DNA of 64,000 nt from a virus (taxonomy: Duplodnaviria; Caudoviricetes): IMG/VR virus record IMGVR_UViG_2974751938_000001, positions 106 through 64,105 of that record; one strand, 5' to 3'. Each line of letters opens with the position of its first letter. Position 1 is the first letter of the stretch. The notes under the pieces were generated by a model that was not told the origin of the DNA, ran no database searches, and worked only from the letters and a program-made list of their open reading frames with translations. Positions 53,990-63,093 of the stretch are shown piece by piece. The position numbers and the translations under genes were made by a program.

Positions 53990-56037
53990 TAGGCTGCCTT
54001 CTCTCGGTTGATGGGTGTGAGCAGGGCCTTCGCGAACCCGACCCCGCGCTGGCCGTCGATGAGCATCTTCGTCAGACGCTCCCGAGAGCCCGCTGTGAGC
54101 GCGATATTCTCCTCGACGGTCTCCAAGGTGCGGAGGTAGTGGATCGTCACCTGGTGGAGCCGTGAGACGCGGTGAATGCGGTCCTCGACCTGCTCTTGGT
54201 CGTCGGGAATCCAGGTCTCGTCGAGGAACACCAGGTCGTCGGCCGCGTCGAGCGTGAGCGAGACACCACCGGCGACGGTGTTGAGCAGGAAGACCCGCGG
54301 GCCGCCCCGTTCCTGCCAGCGGTCCTTGTTGGCTTTGCGCTGGGCCTGGGACACCTTGCCGGTGATCTTCAGGCACTCGATCCCGAGCTTGTTCAACTCC
54401 TGCTCGTACATGTCGAGGATGCCGGTGAACTGCGAGGCCACGACGACCTTGCGCTCGTCCTCGTCGGGCTCCATCGACGAGTGCTTGTTGATCCCGAGCG
54501 AGTCCAGGAACTCGACCAGCCAGTCGAACTTCGCCGACGGCAGCTTGGGCAGGAAGCGGTAGGCCTCGTTGCCCTTCGAGTCGATGTAGGTCTCGACGTC
54601 GCCGTAGCAGATCGCGAACTGCTTCAGCCGGGTCAACTCGGCGAGCACGCCGTTGGCCGTGAGCACGCCGGAGTCGAGGATCGTCTCGGCCTGGTCCCGG
54701 ATCTCGTTGTAGGCCTTCGCCTGCTTCGGGCTCATCGGCACCCAGTGACCGATCGGGTTGTGCTCGTCAAAGGTGCCGTCGGGGTAGGGCAGCGGCGTCC
54801 CGGCGTAGAGCTTGTCGGGTAGCTCGGCCCGGACTTCCTTCTTCGTCCGGCGCAGCATGATCGGCGCGATGTCCTCGTAGAACATCTTCGCCTTGTTCTC
54901 GTCGAGGCCTGCGATCTCCATGTTGGACTTCGGATCTCGGACGTCACCGAGCACGTGGAACCACTGCGAGGCCCAGGTCCAGTAGGCGTGATACTTCTCC
55001 GGGTAGAGCCAGTTGAGCGTGCCCCACAGGTTCTCCGGCTTGCCGCGCATCGGGGTACCCGAGAGCGCGATCTTCAGGCCGTCCTCGGCGACCGGGACCA
55101 TCCCGGCACCGGCGCGGACCTGGGTCTGGCTCTGTGGCTTCGCTGAGTGGCAGATCAGGCACCGGTGCGACTCGTCGATCACGAATGCCGCCCACTCCCG
55201 CTCGTGGATCTCGGGGTAGCGGTGAGCCCACCAGCCCTTCTCCTCGAACCAGCCCATCTTGCCGGTCTGCTTGTGCGGCCGACGCACGCGTGTGGGCTTG
55301 ATCCACTCCGAGCGCAGCATTTCGAGGTTGACGATGACCCATCGGCGGTGATCGGTCGGCGCTGGCCCGAGGGCCTCGAAGATCTTGTGCCGCTTCGGGC
55401 CGGTGCCCATGACGGTGACGCACTCGTCGTTCGGTGCCCACATCGCCAGTTCGTCCGGCCAGGTGGTCGCGACGGCGGCCGATGGTGCGGCCACGAGAAT
55501 GTCGCCGACGATGCCCGCGTTGCTCATGGCGCCGACGGTCTGAAGAGTCTTGCCCAGGCCCGGCTGATCGGCCAGCAGAGCGCGGCGTGTGTGCGTCAGG
55601 AAGGCGACACCGGCGCGCTGGTAGGCGTGGACCATCCGAGCGAGCGCAGGGAGTTCCTGGGCCACACGAGGGTCCAGTTCGGCGTCGCTGCTGGCGCTGG
55701 CGAAGTTCTCGATAGCTCCGAGACGCTCGATCTCGTCGAGTGCCCAGTTGTTGAGCCCCTCGGAGATGTCGAGATCCTCGCCGAACACTCGACGGAGTTC
55801 CTTGCAGTTGGTCAGGCTCAGCGGGAGTGAGCCGCCGCCGCCCTGGGACTTGCCGCCGAGCGACTTCACCTTCTCGGTGAGCACCTGGTGCTTGTTCTTG
55901 CCCGAGGGCCACCAGATCTCGATGGTGTGCTTCGACGTGTCGTCGTCGGCGAGTTCGGCCCAGATCAGGCCCTCCCGGATCGCCTCGATGCGCTCGGCTG
56001 CCGCGGGGTTGTCCGCGACCAGTTCGATCGCGCTCAC
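53989..56037 (-). CDS. SNF2/DEAD-like DNA helicase
   Basis: DQPGLGKT, DESH, ALSGTP, QVEDRIHR. Confidence 0.92.
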   Translation of the reverse strand: MSAIELVADNPAAAERIEAIREGLIWAELADDDTSKHTIEIWWPSGKNKHQVLTEKVKSLGGKSQGGGGSLPLSLTNCKELRRVFGEDLDISEGLNNWALDEIERLGAIENFASASSDAELDPRVAQELPALARMVHAYQRAGVAFLTHTRRALLADQPGLGKTLQTVGAMSNAGIVGDILVAAPSAAVATTWPDELAMWAPNDECVTVMGTGPKRHKIFEALGPAPTDHRRWVIVNLEMLRSEWIKPTRVRRPHKQTGKMGWFEEKGWWAHRYPEIHEREWAAFVIDESHRCLICHSAKPQSQTQVRAGAGMVPVAEDGLKIALSGTPMRGKPENLWGTLNWLYPEKYHAYWTWASQWFHVLGDVRDPKSNMEIAGLDENKAKMFYEDIAPIMLRRTKKEVRAELPDKLYAGTPLPYPDGTFDEHNPIGHWVPMSPKQAKAYNEIRDQAETILDSGVLTANGVLAELTRLKQFAICYGDVETYIDSKGNEAYRFLPKLPSAKFDWLVEFLDSLGINKHSSMEPDEDERKVVVASQFTGILDMYEQELNKLGIECLKITGKVSQAQRKANKDRWQERGGPRVFLLNTVAGGVSLTLDAADDLVFLDETWIPDDQEQVEDRIHRVSRLHQVTIHYLRTLETVEENIALTAGSRERLTKMLIDGQRGVGFAKALLTPINREKAA

Positions 56038-56201
56038 TCGTTACCCACGATCGTCGGGTCCGTCCGGTTGCTCTCGCTGTGGATCGGCACCCCGAGTTCG
56101 GCGTACCGCTGGATCGCCTCGTCGCCGTCGGCGACCTTGTCGGCGGGCACGGCGTAGGTGGTCGTGGTCGTCTGGGTGACCTCGACGAGGTAGTCGGCCA
56201 T
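56034..56201 (-). CDS. Hypothetical protein (55 aa; not in ORF track)
   Basis: GAAGGA RBS; MADYLVEVTQTTTTTY... Confidence 0.6.
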   Translation of the reverse strand: MADYLVEVTQTTTTTYAVPADKVADGDEAIQRYAELGVPIHSESNRTDPTIVGNE

Positions 56202-56256
56202 GATGTGTGTCCTTCGGTCGGTGGCTGGGTGAAGCCAGCGTAGTCGGCAGCCCCGA

Positions 56257-56379
56257 CTACAGGTGGAAGAAGTGGTTCGGGCTCACCGCGTAGTAGACGG
56301 TCGGAATCCACAGGAGGAAGCCGCCAAACAGCAGGTGAAGCACGATCGAATGTCCCGTCTGGACCCTGGTGTAGTTCAT
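56257..56379 (-). CDS. Small membrane protein (40 aa; not in ORF track)
   Basis: MNYTRVQTGHSIVLHLLFGGFLLWIPTVYYAVSPNHFFHL; leaderless start. Confidence 0.7.
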   Translation of the reverse strand: MNYTRVQTGHSIVLHLLFGGFLLWIPTVYYAVSPNHFFHL

Positions 56380-56385
56380 GCCACC

Positions 56386-56414
56386 AGTGTAAGGCTTGAC
56401 GTCAACAGTGTCAA
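56386..56414 (-). promoter_or_regulatory. Consensus SigA promoter with operator in the spacer
   Basis: Minus strand TTGACA-N17-TACACT-6nt-ATG; CTTGACGTCAAC at 56395-406. Confidence 0.85.
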
Positions 56415-56842
56415 CCATTGTTGCGCTCGTCGAGCATCTCGTCCTCGGCGCTGAGCGGGGCCTTTTCGACCCGGTCGCCGTAGACGATGATCATGTCGTT
56501 GGACCGGAAGCGGTACTCCTGCGGGTCGCAGGTGCCGACCGAGAGCGTGATGTCGTCGCCGCCGTCGCCGACCATGTAGATCTGGCGAAGCTCGCCGATC
56601 ACGATGCGGACGGACTCATTCTCGCCACCGAAGCGCTCGACGAACCGGATGAACCGACCGATGTCGCGGCCCATGATCTCGCACGCGGCGATCGCGACGC
56701 TCTGGGTCGGTTCGCTGGCCGCGGGCTCTTCTCGCACGATGTAGCCCATCTTCTTCGGACCAGCGGGCTTCAGATCGGTCATGCCGATCGTCCCTGCCTT
56801 GTCCATCATGTTCACGTGCTTGGTCTGCTGGGGGTTGGTCAT
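56411..56842 (-). CDS. Hypothetical protein
   Basis: GGAG RBS. Confidence 0.6.
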   Translation of the reverse strand: MTNPQQTKHVNMMDKAGTIGMTDLKPAGPKKMGYIVREEPAASEPTQSVAIAACEIMGRDIGRFIRFVERFGGENESVRIVIGELRQIYMVGDGGDDITLSVGTCDPQEYRFRSNDMIIVYGDRVEKAPLSAEDEMLDERNNG

Positions 56843-56852
56843 GGGGCTCCAA

Positions 56853-57830
56853 TCAGCCGATCTTGCGGATGCGGGCGACGGCCACCGAACGGAAGCCGCC
56901 GTTGAGTTCGAGGAAGTGGAGAATGCGCAGGTCCTCGCCGTACTCGTCGGGATCGAAGTCCGCGGGAGTGATGTGCGGAGGGTACTTCTCGGCGCCACCG
57001 GAGACCACCGCGCGGTCGAGCGTGCCGGACAGCGAGTTCATCCACACGACCTCGACGTTGTTGTTCGTCTTCCGGTTCACCCCGAGCTTGGTCAGGATCT
57101 CGCTGGTGGTGAGCACCGAGGCCACGCCAGACCAGTTGCGGTGCGGGTTGACCTGCTGCTGGCGCACGGCGCCGTAGGTGTCCTGCTGGGACCACACGGC
57201 CTGCTGATCCTTCCCGGCGGCCTTCTCGGCGGCGTCGCGGTGCAGGAGAGACTCGCGGGCGACCTCAGCCTCGTCAGCGGGCGGCACAATGCCGAAGTGC
57301 TCGACCACGGTGGTGCCAGTGGGCGGCACATCGAGTTCGGCGTCCAGTTCGTCGAGCGTCTCTTGGGCGGCAGTATGGGCGGCACTCAGGTCCTCTTCGG
57401 CCTGGTGGGCGGCACTCTGCGCTTCAGCAGCCGTATGGGCGGCACTGGTGGGCGGCACTGGGTCGTCCGTGCCGTCCTGCTCGTTGTACTCGGTGAGTTC
57501 CTCGTCGGCTGACGGGTTCGTGATACGCGAGCGCGTCACCACGCCGCGCACCTGGCCGCCCTCGGGGTCGAGCACGGTCTGGGTGCCGTCGTCGTCCACG
57601 TGCGTGACCTGGTCGTCGTCGGAGTCCGGGTCGATCGCGTAGAACGCGCGCAGTTCCTCCTGGGCCTCGCCGCCCCACTCGCGCCGGAGCGTGGTGAAGG
57701 CGAACTTCTTGTTGGCCTTGGGTGCTCGGACTACCGTCCAGCCGTTTTCGGTGGCGAACTGGACAAGCTCGGCGGCCATGTCCAGTGCTTCGCTCTTGGC
57801 CTGCTCGAACTCGCTCGATGTCAGGGTCAC
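56853..57830 (-). CDS. Hypothetical protein with an Ala/Glu-rich AAHTAA repeat
   Basis: GAGGAG RBS; SAAHTAA repeated three times. Confidence 0.65.
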   Translation of the reverse strand: MTLTSSEFEQAKSEALDMAAELVQFATENGWTVVRAPKANKKFAFTTLRREWGGEAQEELRAFYAIDPDSDDDQVTHVDDDGTQTVLDPEGGQVRGVVTRSRITNPSADEELTEYNEQDGTDDPVPPTSAAHTAAEAQSAAHQAEEDLSAAHTAAQETLDELDAELDVPPTGTTVVEHFGIVPPADEAEVARESLLHRDAAEKAAGKDQQAVWSQQDTYGAVRQQQVNPHRNWSGVASVLTTSEILTKLGVNRKTNNNVEVVWMNSLSGTLDRAVVSGGAEKYPPHITPADFDPDEYGEDLRILHFLELNGGFRSVAVARIRKIG

Positions 57831-58000
57831 GTGGTACTCCTCGCGGTGTGCTGATGGGTGATCGGATGATCTGCTCAATGCTGAGATCTGTTGCGATTAG
57901 CGGATATTCCCTAGTACCGGCTGTACCGGCGTACCGGGCTCGACCTGGGTCGGCTCTGTGGTCTCTCGGGTCTCGCGAGTGGCTGGTCTTCGTGCGTCTG

Positions 58001-58016
58001 TCGAACGTCTGTTCGA
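58001..58016. promoter_or_regulatory. Perfect actinobacterial LexA/SOS-box match (intergenic)
   Basis: TCGAAC-GTCT-GTTCGA; reverse complement of the copy at 44205. Confidence 0.45.
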
Positions 58017-58172
58017 TCTCGGGTGTCTCTGCGGGGTCCGGTCTTCTCGACCGTTGGTCACTGTGCCGTGACCCCTACCGCTCACACCCGGCGCTCTTAC
58101 CCTGTCGCCTACTCGCGTGCCCGTCACGCTCGCCGTGTCCGCTATTCGGTTGTCAATCTTCGTTCTGACTCA

Positions 58173-58201
58173 ACTGTAACAGTTGACGTCAACCGGGTCA
58201 A
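58173..58201 (-). promoter_or_regulatory. Leftward SigA promoter with operator in the spacer
   Basis: Minus strand TTGACC-N17-TACAGT; operator at 58182-93. Confidence 0.75.
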
Positions 58202-58341
58202 GTCCCGGCGTGGTCCCGGTGCCTACGCACCCGGTAGCACCGTGTCCGGTGCGCTCTGTTCTTCGTCATGACACCAACATACACACGTAAGGGTTGACGA
58301 TCAACCCAAACAACTGTGATCCACGTCACACACTGTGCGAC

Positions 58342-58370
58342 TTGACGTCAACCCTGACACGGCATAACGT
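58342..58370 (+). promoter_or_regulatory. Rightward promoter of the early cassette, operator over the -35
   Basis: TTGACG-N17-TAACGT. Confidence 0.75.
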
Positions 58371-58420
58371 AGTGATCACCGGTGAGGCACACGGCGTCAC
58401 CACACACGAAGGAACCGATC

Positions 58421-58837
58421 ATGGCTTACCGCAACGTCTACAACCACACCAGCGCCGACTACCGGGCCGAAGCGCTCGAACGGCTCCGCAAGATCTTCCC
58501 GCCGAAGTCGACCGCGACGACGATTGTCCGACACGTGACCGCGTCGGGTATGGGCCGTTCCATCTCTGTGCTCGCACCGACCGGCGACCCGGCAACCGAC
58601 CGGTACCCGATCATGGACGTGTCCGGCGACGTCGCCCGCGTGCTCGGTTGGAAGATCGACAACGATCGCGGCGGTGTCTATGTCCAGGGTTGCGGTATGG
58701 ATATGACTTTTCACCTGGTCTACTCACTCGCCCGCGCTCTGTACGCGGACGTTCTCAGCGACAGTGAGCGCCGCGCGCTTGCCGGTCCGCACGGGAGTGC
58801 GGACGCCGGTTACCTGATCAACAACCGGTCTATCTGA
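58421..58837 (+). CDS. Conserved hypothetical early protein
   Basis: VRHV..SGM.R.I..GCGMDM.FHLVY motif; CGAAGGAAC leader. Confidence 0.7.
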   Translation: MAYRNVYNHTSADYRAEALERLRKIFPPKSTATTIVRHVTASGMGRSISVLAPTGDPATDRYPIMDVSGDVARVLGWKIDNDRGGVYVQGCGMDMTFHLVYSLARALYADVLSDSERRALAGPHGSADAGYLINNRSI

Positions 58838-58878
58838 CCACTGACCAACCGACCACACACCACACGAAGGAACGAACG

Positions 58879-59340
58879 ATGACCTACACACCCGCACCCG
58901 GCGACGTGATCACGTCGCGCACCCTGGACCCGGTCGACGGTTTCGACCTGATCGCCTATGAGGTCTACGACACCGATAGTTCACCGATCGGTGAGGAGAC
59001 AGAGAACGGGGGTTGCTATGACCGGGCCGACATCGAAGCGTGGCGCAATGATGAATGGTATTACGCCGGTGTCGTGGTGGTCGCGTCGCGCGCCGGTATC
59101 CCGCTCGGCTCCGGTGCGATATGGGGGTGCGACACCGGCGATTACTGGGACCGTGGAGACGGTACCTACTCCGAACTGTTGGACGTGACCACACGACCGG
59201 CGGGCACGTATCAGACTCTCAGCGGTCCAGTCGCGCGTCCCGCTGGTGTTGAGTTCGCCCACGGCTACGGGGACGACCTGATCGCCGAAGCACTCATCGA
59301 AGCGCGCGCCACGCTCGCACGATTGGGGGTGTCCGCATGA
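58879..59340 (+). CDS. Hypothetical early protein
   Basis: AW.NDEWYY.GVVV motif; leader repeat. Confidence 0.7.
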   Translation: MTYTPAPGDVITSRTLDPVDGFDLIAYEVYDTDSSPIGEETENGGCYDRADIEAWRNDEWYYAGVVVVASRAGIPLGSGAIWGCDTGDYWDRGDGTYSELLDVTTRPAGTYQTLSGPVARPAGVEFAHGYGDDLIAEALIEARATLARLGVSA

Positions 59341-59741
59341 TCGCGACGAACGTCGCCGAACGTGTCCAGACCGGCACGCTAGACGTCGAAGTAAGCGCAC
59401 CGGCGGTCTATGCGCGCGGCGCTCGCGTCACGGCCGCCGGGTACGTCTGGGACGTGCTCACCGACGACGATGACACCGGCGCGCCACGCGTGCGCGTCAT
59501 CTGCCACGGCCGCCGGGTGTCTGCCGTATTCAATCGGTGGCAGTACCCCCGCGCCGACATCTACGAAGCGGTAGGGCGTGCGGCCGTCGGCGTGCTCACC
59601 GGCGCGACGTCGGTAGCGCTCGCACACGTCCCGGCCGGACCCGGTCAATCGGGGTACGTCGGCCGGGTCCCGATCGCCGACTCTGATCGGCCGTTCACTG
59701 ACCAGCACGCGCGATTCTTTGCCGTACTTGACCTGATCTAA
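59337..59741 (+). CDS. Hypothetical early protein
   Basis: ATGA coupling. Confidence 0.6.
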   Translation: MIATNVAERVQTGTLDVEVSAPAVYARGARVTAAGYVWDVLTDDDDTGAPRVRVICHGRRVSAVFNRWQYPRADIYEAVGRAAVGVLTGATSVALAHVPAGPGQSGYVGRVPIADSDRPFTDQHARFFAVLDLI

Positions 59742-59769
59742 CCGACCACCACACACGAAAGAACACACC

Positions 59770-60195
59770 ATGACCACACACACCGCACCCGCTGACCTGA
59801 CCGGCCGTACAGTCGACCGGGTCACTATCGGGGGACATCTTCAGCGCACGGGGACCGTCGTCACCGACAACGGCGCGCACGCCGTCCTAGTCCACTGGGA
59901 GAACGTGCCCGATCATTCTCGTGAGTCGTGGGTAGCGCGCGCGACGCTCCGTGTCCACCCTGACACCGCGCCGGGTGCGGTGTGCGTTGATTGTGCCCTT
60001 ATGCACGCGAACGGGGAGAACGGCGCGGGTGACGATTGGGACCGCGACGCTTTCGCGGCGTCGGGTGATTGGGCACTCAACGGACCGACCGACGACGACG
60101 CCGACAACGCGGGAGAGTTCTTCAGTTGGTCAGCGTGCGACGCGTGCGGGTCGACGTTAGGGGGTGACCGGTTCCCCGTTACATTCTTCGTCTGA
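59770..60195 (+). CDS. Hypothetical protein with an SH3-like N-terminus and a CxxC..CxxC Zn module
   Basis: CVDC and CDAC; leader repeat. Confidence 0.65.
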   Translation: MTTHTAPADLTGRTVDRVTIGGHLQRTGTVVTDNGAHAVLVHWENVPDHSRESWVARATLRVHPDTAPGAVCVDCALMHANGENGAGDDWDRDAFAASGDWALNGPTDDDADNAGEFFSWSACDACGSTLGGDRFPVTFFV

Positions 60196-60207
60196 CCAGC
60201 GCACACG

Positions 60208-60242
60208 ACACCCCGTTACCCTCACCGGTAGCGGGGTGTTTT
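60208..60242 (+). terminator. Intrinsic terminator
   Basis: ACACCCCGTTACC / GGTAGCGGGGTGT followed by TTT. Confidence 0.75.
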
Positions 60243-60280
60243 GTGTAAGGGTTGACGTCAACGCGAACACGCGCTACTGT
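60243..60280 (+). promoter_or_regulatory. Promoter with 20-bp extended operator
   Basis: GTGTAAGGGTTGACGTCAAC; TTGACG-N17-TACTGT. Confidence 0.8.
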
Positions 60281-60326
60281 TCACCTATCGGCACGAACGG
60301 CGCGCCGCACACCGAAGGATTACGAC

Positions 60327-61016
60327 ATGAGGATTACGACAACCGACGGCCGGACACTGGGACACGTCACGCTGACCGGCGACGACATCGGCGCACTAGC
60401 GCGCGGTGTCGGTGACGACATCGAACGGCGCACCCGTGCCCTGATCGCCGACGCGCGCCGTGCGTCCATTACCGGGGGACCGGCGGCCGGTGCTCCGGTC
60501 CCAGCCGGACGAAGCGACGTCACCCCGGCGGGTGAGGGTGCACCGCGACGGCGTCGGCGCTGGTGGCCGTGGCTGGTGCTCGCGTTACTTGGGTTCGGCA
60601 TTATCGGCGCACTCAGCGACTCAGACGATGACGCCGGGAAGAACTGGACACCCCCGGCCGCGACTGTCGCACCGCAAGAGACGAACGCACTACGCGCCAC
60701 GGTGAGCGCCGACGGTTCGATCGTGATCGGCGGGACCGAAGTCGACAACGTCTACCGTCTCGACTCTCCGCTACGGCAACGGTTCGCCGACGTGATCAAG
60801 TCGCACGGCGTGACCGGTGTCAGCGGCTCACTGTTGGACGCGAACCTACGCGACGGTGTCACGTTCTGCCGTGCGCTCGCACACGGTGACGTCACCGCTC
60901 AGCGTCACGCCGAAGTCGTGACCGGTATCGCCGACGAAGCGACGGCGTACGGCGTCGGCAAGCAACGGCGCGCCGTGGTCACGGCCGCACTGTCGGCACT
61001 GTGCCCGGCACTCTGA
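60327..61016 (+). CDS. Membrane-anchored protein with a DUF732-like C-terminal domain
   Basis: TM segment WWPWLVLALLGFGIIGAL; F...I..HGV...G..FCR..AALSALCP. Confidence 0.6.
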   Translation: MRITTTDGRTLGHVTLTGDDIGALARGVGDDIERRTRALIADARRASITGGPAAGAPVPAGRSDVTPAGEGAPRRRRRWWPWLVLALLGFGIIGALSDSDDDAGKNWTPPAATVAPQETNALRATVSADGSIVIGGTEVDNVYRLDSPLRQRFADVIKSHGVTGVSGSLLDANLRDGVTFCRALAHGDVTAQRHAEVVTGIADEATAYGVGKQRRAVVTAALSALCPAL

Positions 61017-61027
61017 CACCCGTAACC

Positions 61028-61065
61028 GTGTAAGGGTTGACGTCAACCTACACACCCTGTAATGT
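61028..61065 (+). promoter_or_regulatory. Promoter with 20-bp extended operator
   Basis: GTGTAAGGGTTGACGTCAAC; TTGACG-N17-TAATGT. Confidence 0.8.
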
Positions 61066-61098
61066 CTTCCATGTCAGCAACGAACGAAGGAACCGACG

Positions 61099-61395
61099 AT
61101 GACCAGCACATACACCCTTGAACTGACCGACATCGAGCGCGCGTGCGGTGTGACCCTTGACCAGGTCGCCGACGTCCTGCCGAAGGTCGCACTTCGCGAG
61201 AACTGGCAAGAGCGCGCGGTGTGGGTCCCCGACACCCACAACGGTAAGAGCGTCGGCCCGGCGCTCGCCGGTGCCGTGGCACGCGCCGCGCTCGCCGGTC
61301 CGGTTGAGTTCCGCTCTTCGCGCTTCGGCGTGCTGGTGTACGTCCCCGACTACACCCCTCCCGCACCCCCGGCCGGTCTCGCCGGTCTGCTTTGA
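61099..61395 (+). CDS. Hypothetical early protein
   Basis: Leader repeat CGAAGGAACCGACGATG. Confidence 0.65.
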   Translation: MTSTYTLELTDIERACGVTLDQVADVLPKVALRENWQERAVWVPDTHNGKSVGPALAGAVARAALAGPVEFRSSRFGVLVYVPDYTPPAPPAGLAGLL

Positions 61396-61426
61396 TCACT
61401 CACCCACAACCACGAAGGAACCGACG

Positions 61427-61948
61427 ATGAAACTGCACACAAACACCCTGACCGCGGCCGACATCAGCGACGCCGCACGACTGGCAAGCGCCGCGTACAC
61501 CACCGACGACAACGGCAAGACACCCCGGCCGATAGCGGCCGTCGGCGTCGCTCGCGACTCACGGCACGGTAGCCGATCGCGTGCCCGTGCGTTCGATGTC
61601 ATCCTGACCGGCGACGCGACGCACGCGACACAATCGGGTGACGGTCGCGGCGCGTCGTGGGACCAATGGGGCCTGTTCTTGGCGGTTCTCTTCGACCGTG
61701 ACCCGTCGCTCACCGTGCCCGGCGTCTATGTCGACGCTGAGCACTTCGCATGGTCGACCGGCGACCGGTACGGCGTCGGCCGCGACGGTTCCCCGTTCAT
61801 CGTCGGGCACGACTACCACCGACGGCACCGCTGGGAGTACACCGGCACGGCCGCGGGCAACCGGTACGCCGTGAACACGTGCAACGGGTGCGCCGCACAC
61901 ACCCGGCGTCTGATCGGTGGTCACCAGTGGGAAGAACTGAGCGCATGA
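61427..61948 (+). CDS. Hypothetical early protein
   Basis: Leader repeat; SRSR.RAFDV.LTG..ASWDQWG.FLA.LF..DP. Confidence 0.65.
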   Translation: MKLHTNTLTAADISDAARLASAAYTTDDNGKTPRPIAAVGVARDSRHGSRSRARAFDVILTGDATHATQSGDGRGASWDQWGLFLAVLFDRDPSLTVPGVYVDAEHFAWSTGDRYGVGRDGSPFIVGHDYHRRHRWEYTGTAAGNRYAVNTCNGCAAHTRRLIGGHQWEELSA

Positions 61949-62124
61949 GGGCACGCGAACGGCGCGCGCTTCGCGCGGTGACGGCTGACGCGCTCGCCGG
62001 TGTCGTCGCCATTCCGACCGGTTCCCCGGCGTACTGGCAAGCGCTCGCCACACTGCACACCGCACGCGCTCACCGGCGCGCACTACTGACCACCGACCAC
62101 GACGAACGAAGGAACGAACGATGA
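61945..62124 (+). CDS. Hypothetical protein
   Basis: ATGA coupling at both ends. Confidence 0.5.
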   Translation: MRARERRALRAVTADALAGVVAIPTGSPAYWQALATLHTARAHRRALLTTDHDERRNER

Positions 62125-62651
62125 ACGCACTAGACCGGACCGCCGGGGAGTACACCGACGAAGAGCGCCGGGAACTGATCGCCTACGAACACGTGTTCGG
62201 AATAGGCGACGCGACGCACTACCGCGAAGGTCTCGCCGACATGGCGCGCGGATACTTTGCCGCTCTGCTCTGGACACAACCGGACTACGACGACGAAGAG
62301 AACGAAGACGGGGACCGCACCCTAGACCAGGATTACGGGGTGAGCGACGTACACCCGGCCGACGTCGCCGACATGGTCGAAGAGTTCCGCGCGCTGGTGG
62401 TCGCTCACCCGTTGGCGCTGGCACTCTATCGCGAGCGCTCAGCGCACCGGGTAGACGCGAGTGAGGGCACGGTCTGGGACTACTTCGGACATGACTACTT
62501 GCTCACCCGTGACCACCACGGCGCCGGATTCTGGGACCGCGGACTAGGCGACCTTGGGGAGTACCTGACCGGTATCGTGCACGCCGCGGGGGAGCACGAC
62601 ACCCTAACCGAAGAGTTCGGACAACTGACCAGCACACCCGGCCGCGGGTAG
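62121..62651 (+). CDS. Conserved hypothetical early protein
   Basis: GHDYLLTRDHHGAGFWDR motif; leader repeat. Confidence 0.7.
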   Translation: MNALDRTAGEYTDEERRELIAYEHVFGIGDATHYREGLADMARGYFAALLWTQPDYDDEENEDGDRTLDQDYGVSDVHPADVADMVEEFRALVVAHPLALALYRERSAHRVDASEGTVWDYFGHDYLLTRDHHGAGFWDRGLGDLGEYLTGIVHAAGEHDTLTEEFGQLTSTPGRG

Positions 62652-62676
62652 CGCTGACCAGCACCAACCACCGACG

Positions 62677-62710
62677 CACCCGGCACCGGCACACGGTCGC
62701 CGGGTGTTGT
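62677..62710 (+). terminator. Probable terminator hairpin
   Basis: CACCCGGC-ACCG..CGGT-C-GCCGGGTG followed by TTGT. Confidence 0.55.
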
Positions 62711-62713
62711 CGT

Positions 62714-62751
62714 GTGTAAGGGTTGACGTCAACGCGCACGCCGGGTACTGT
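62714..62751 (+). promoter_or_regulatory. Promoter with 20-bp extended operator
   Basis: GTGTAAGGGTTGACGTCAAC; TTGACG-N17-TACTGT. Confidence 0.8.
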
Positions 62752-62787
62752 GAGTGCATACCAACCGAACGAACGAAGGAACCGGAC

Positions 62788-63078
62788 ATGATTCACACCC
62801 TGTACACCGCAACCACGACCACCGACTACGCGACGCGCGACGAAGCGCGCACGGCGCAACTGGCACACCCGGAGCGTCTAGGCTCTTCGATCGAAGCGCG
62901 GCCGGGCTACCTGGTCACGTTCAACGCTGGCAACGTGCGGCCGATCGCCGGGGACATCGAAGAGATGACCGAACGTGCGGCGCGTCTGCTCACCGTGCGG
63001 ACCGTGCGCGCGCTCGCCGACGGTCGCCTAGTCGACGCCGGTTGCGGCATGACGGTCGGCCGGTACGCCGTCGCCTGA
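62788..63078 (+). CDS. Hypothetical early protein
   Basis: Leader repeat CGAAGGAACCGGACATG. Confidence 0.65.
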   Translation: MIHTLYTATTTTDYATRDEARTAQLAHPERLGSSIEARPGYLVTFNAGNVRPIAGDIEEMTERAARLLTVRTVRALADGRLVDAGCGMTVGRYAVA

Positions 63079-63093
63079 TCGCTGAAGACTCAC

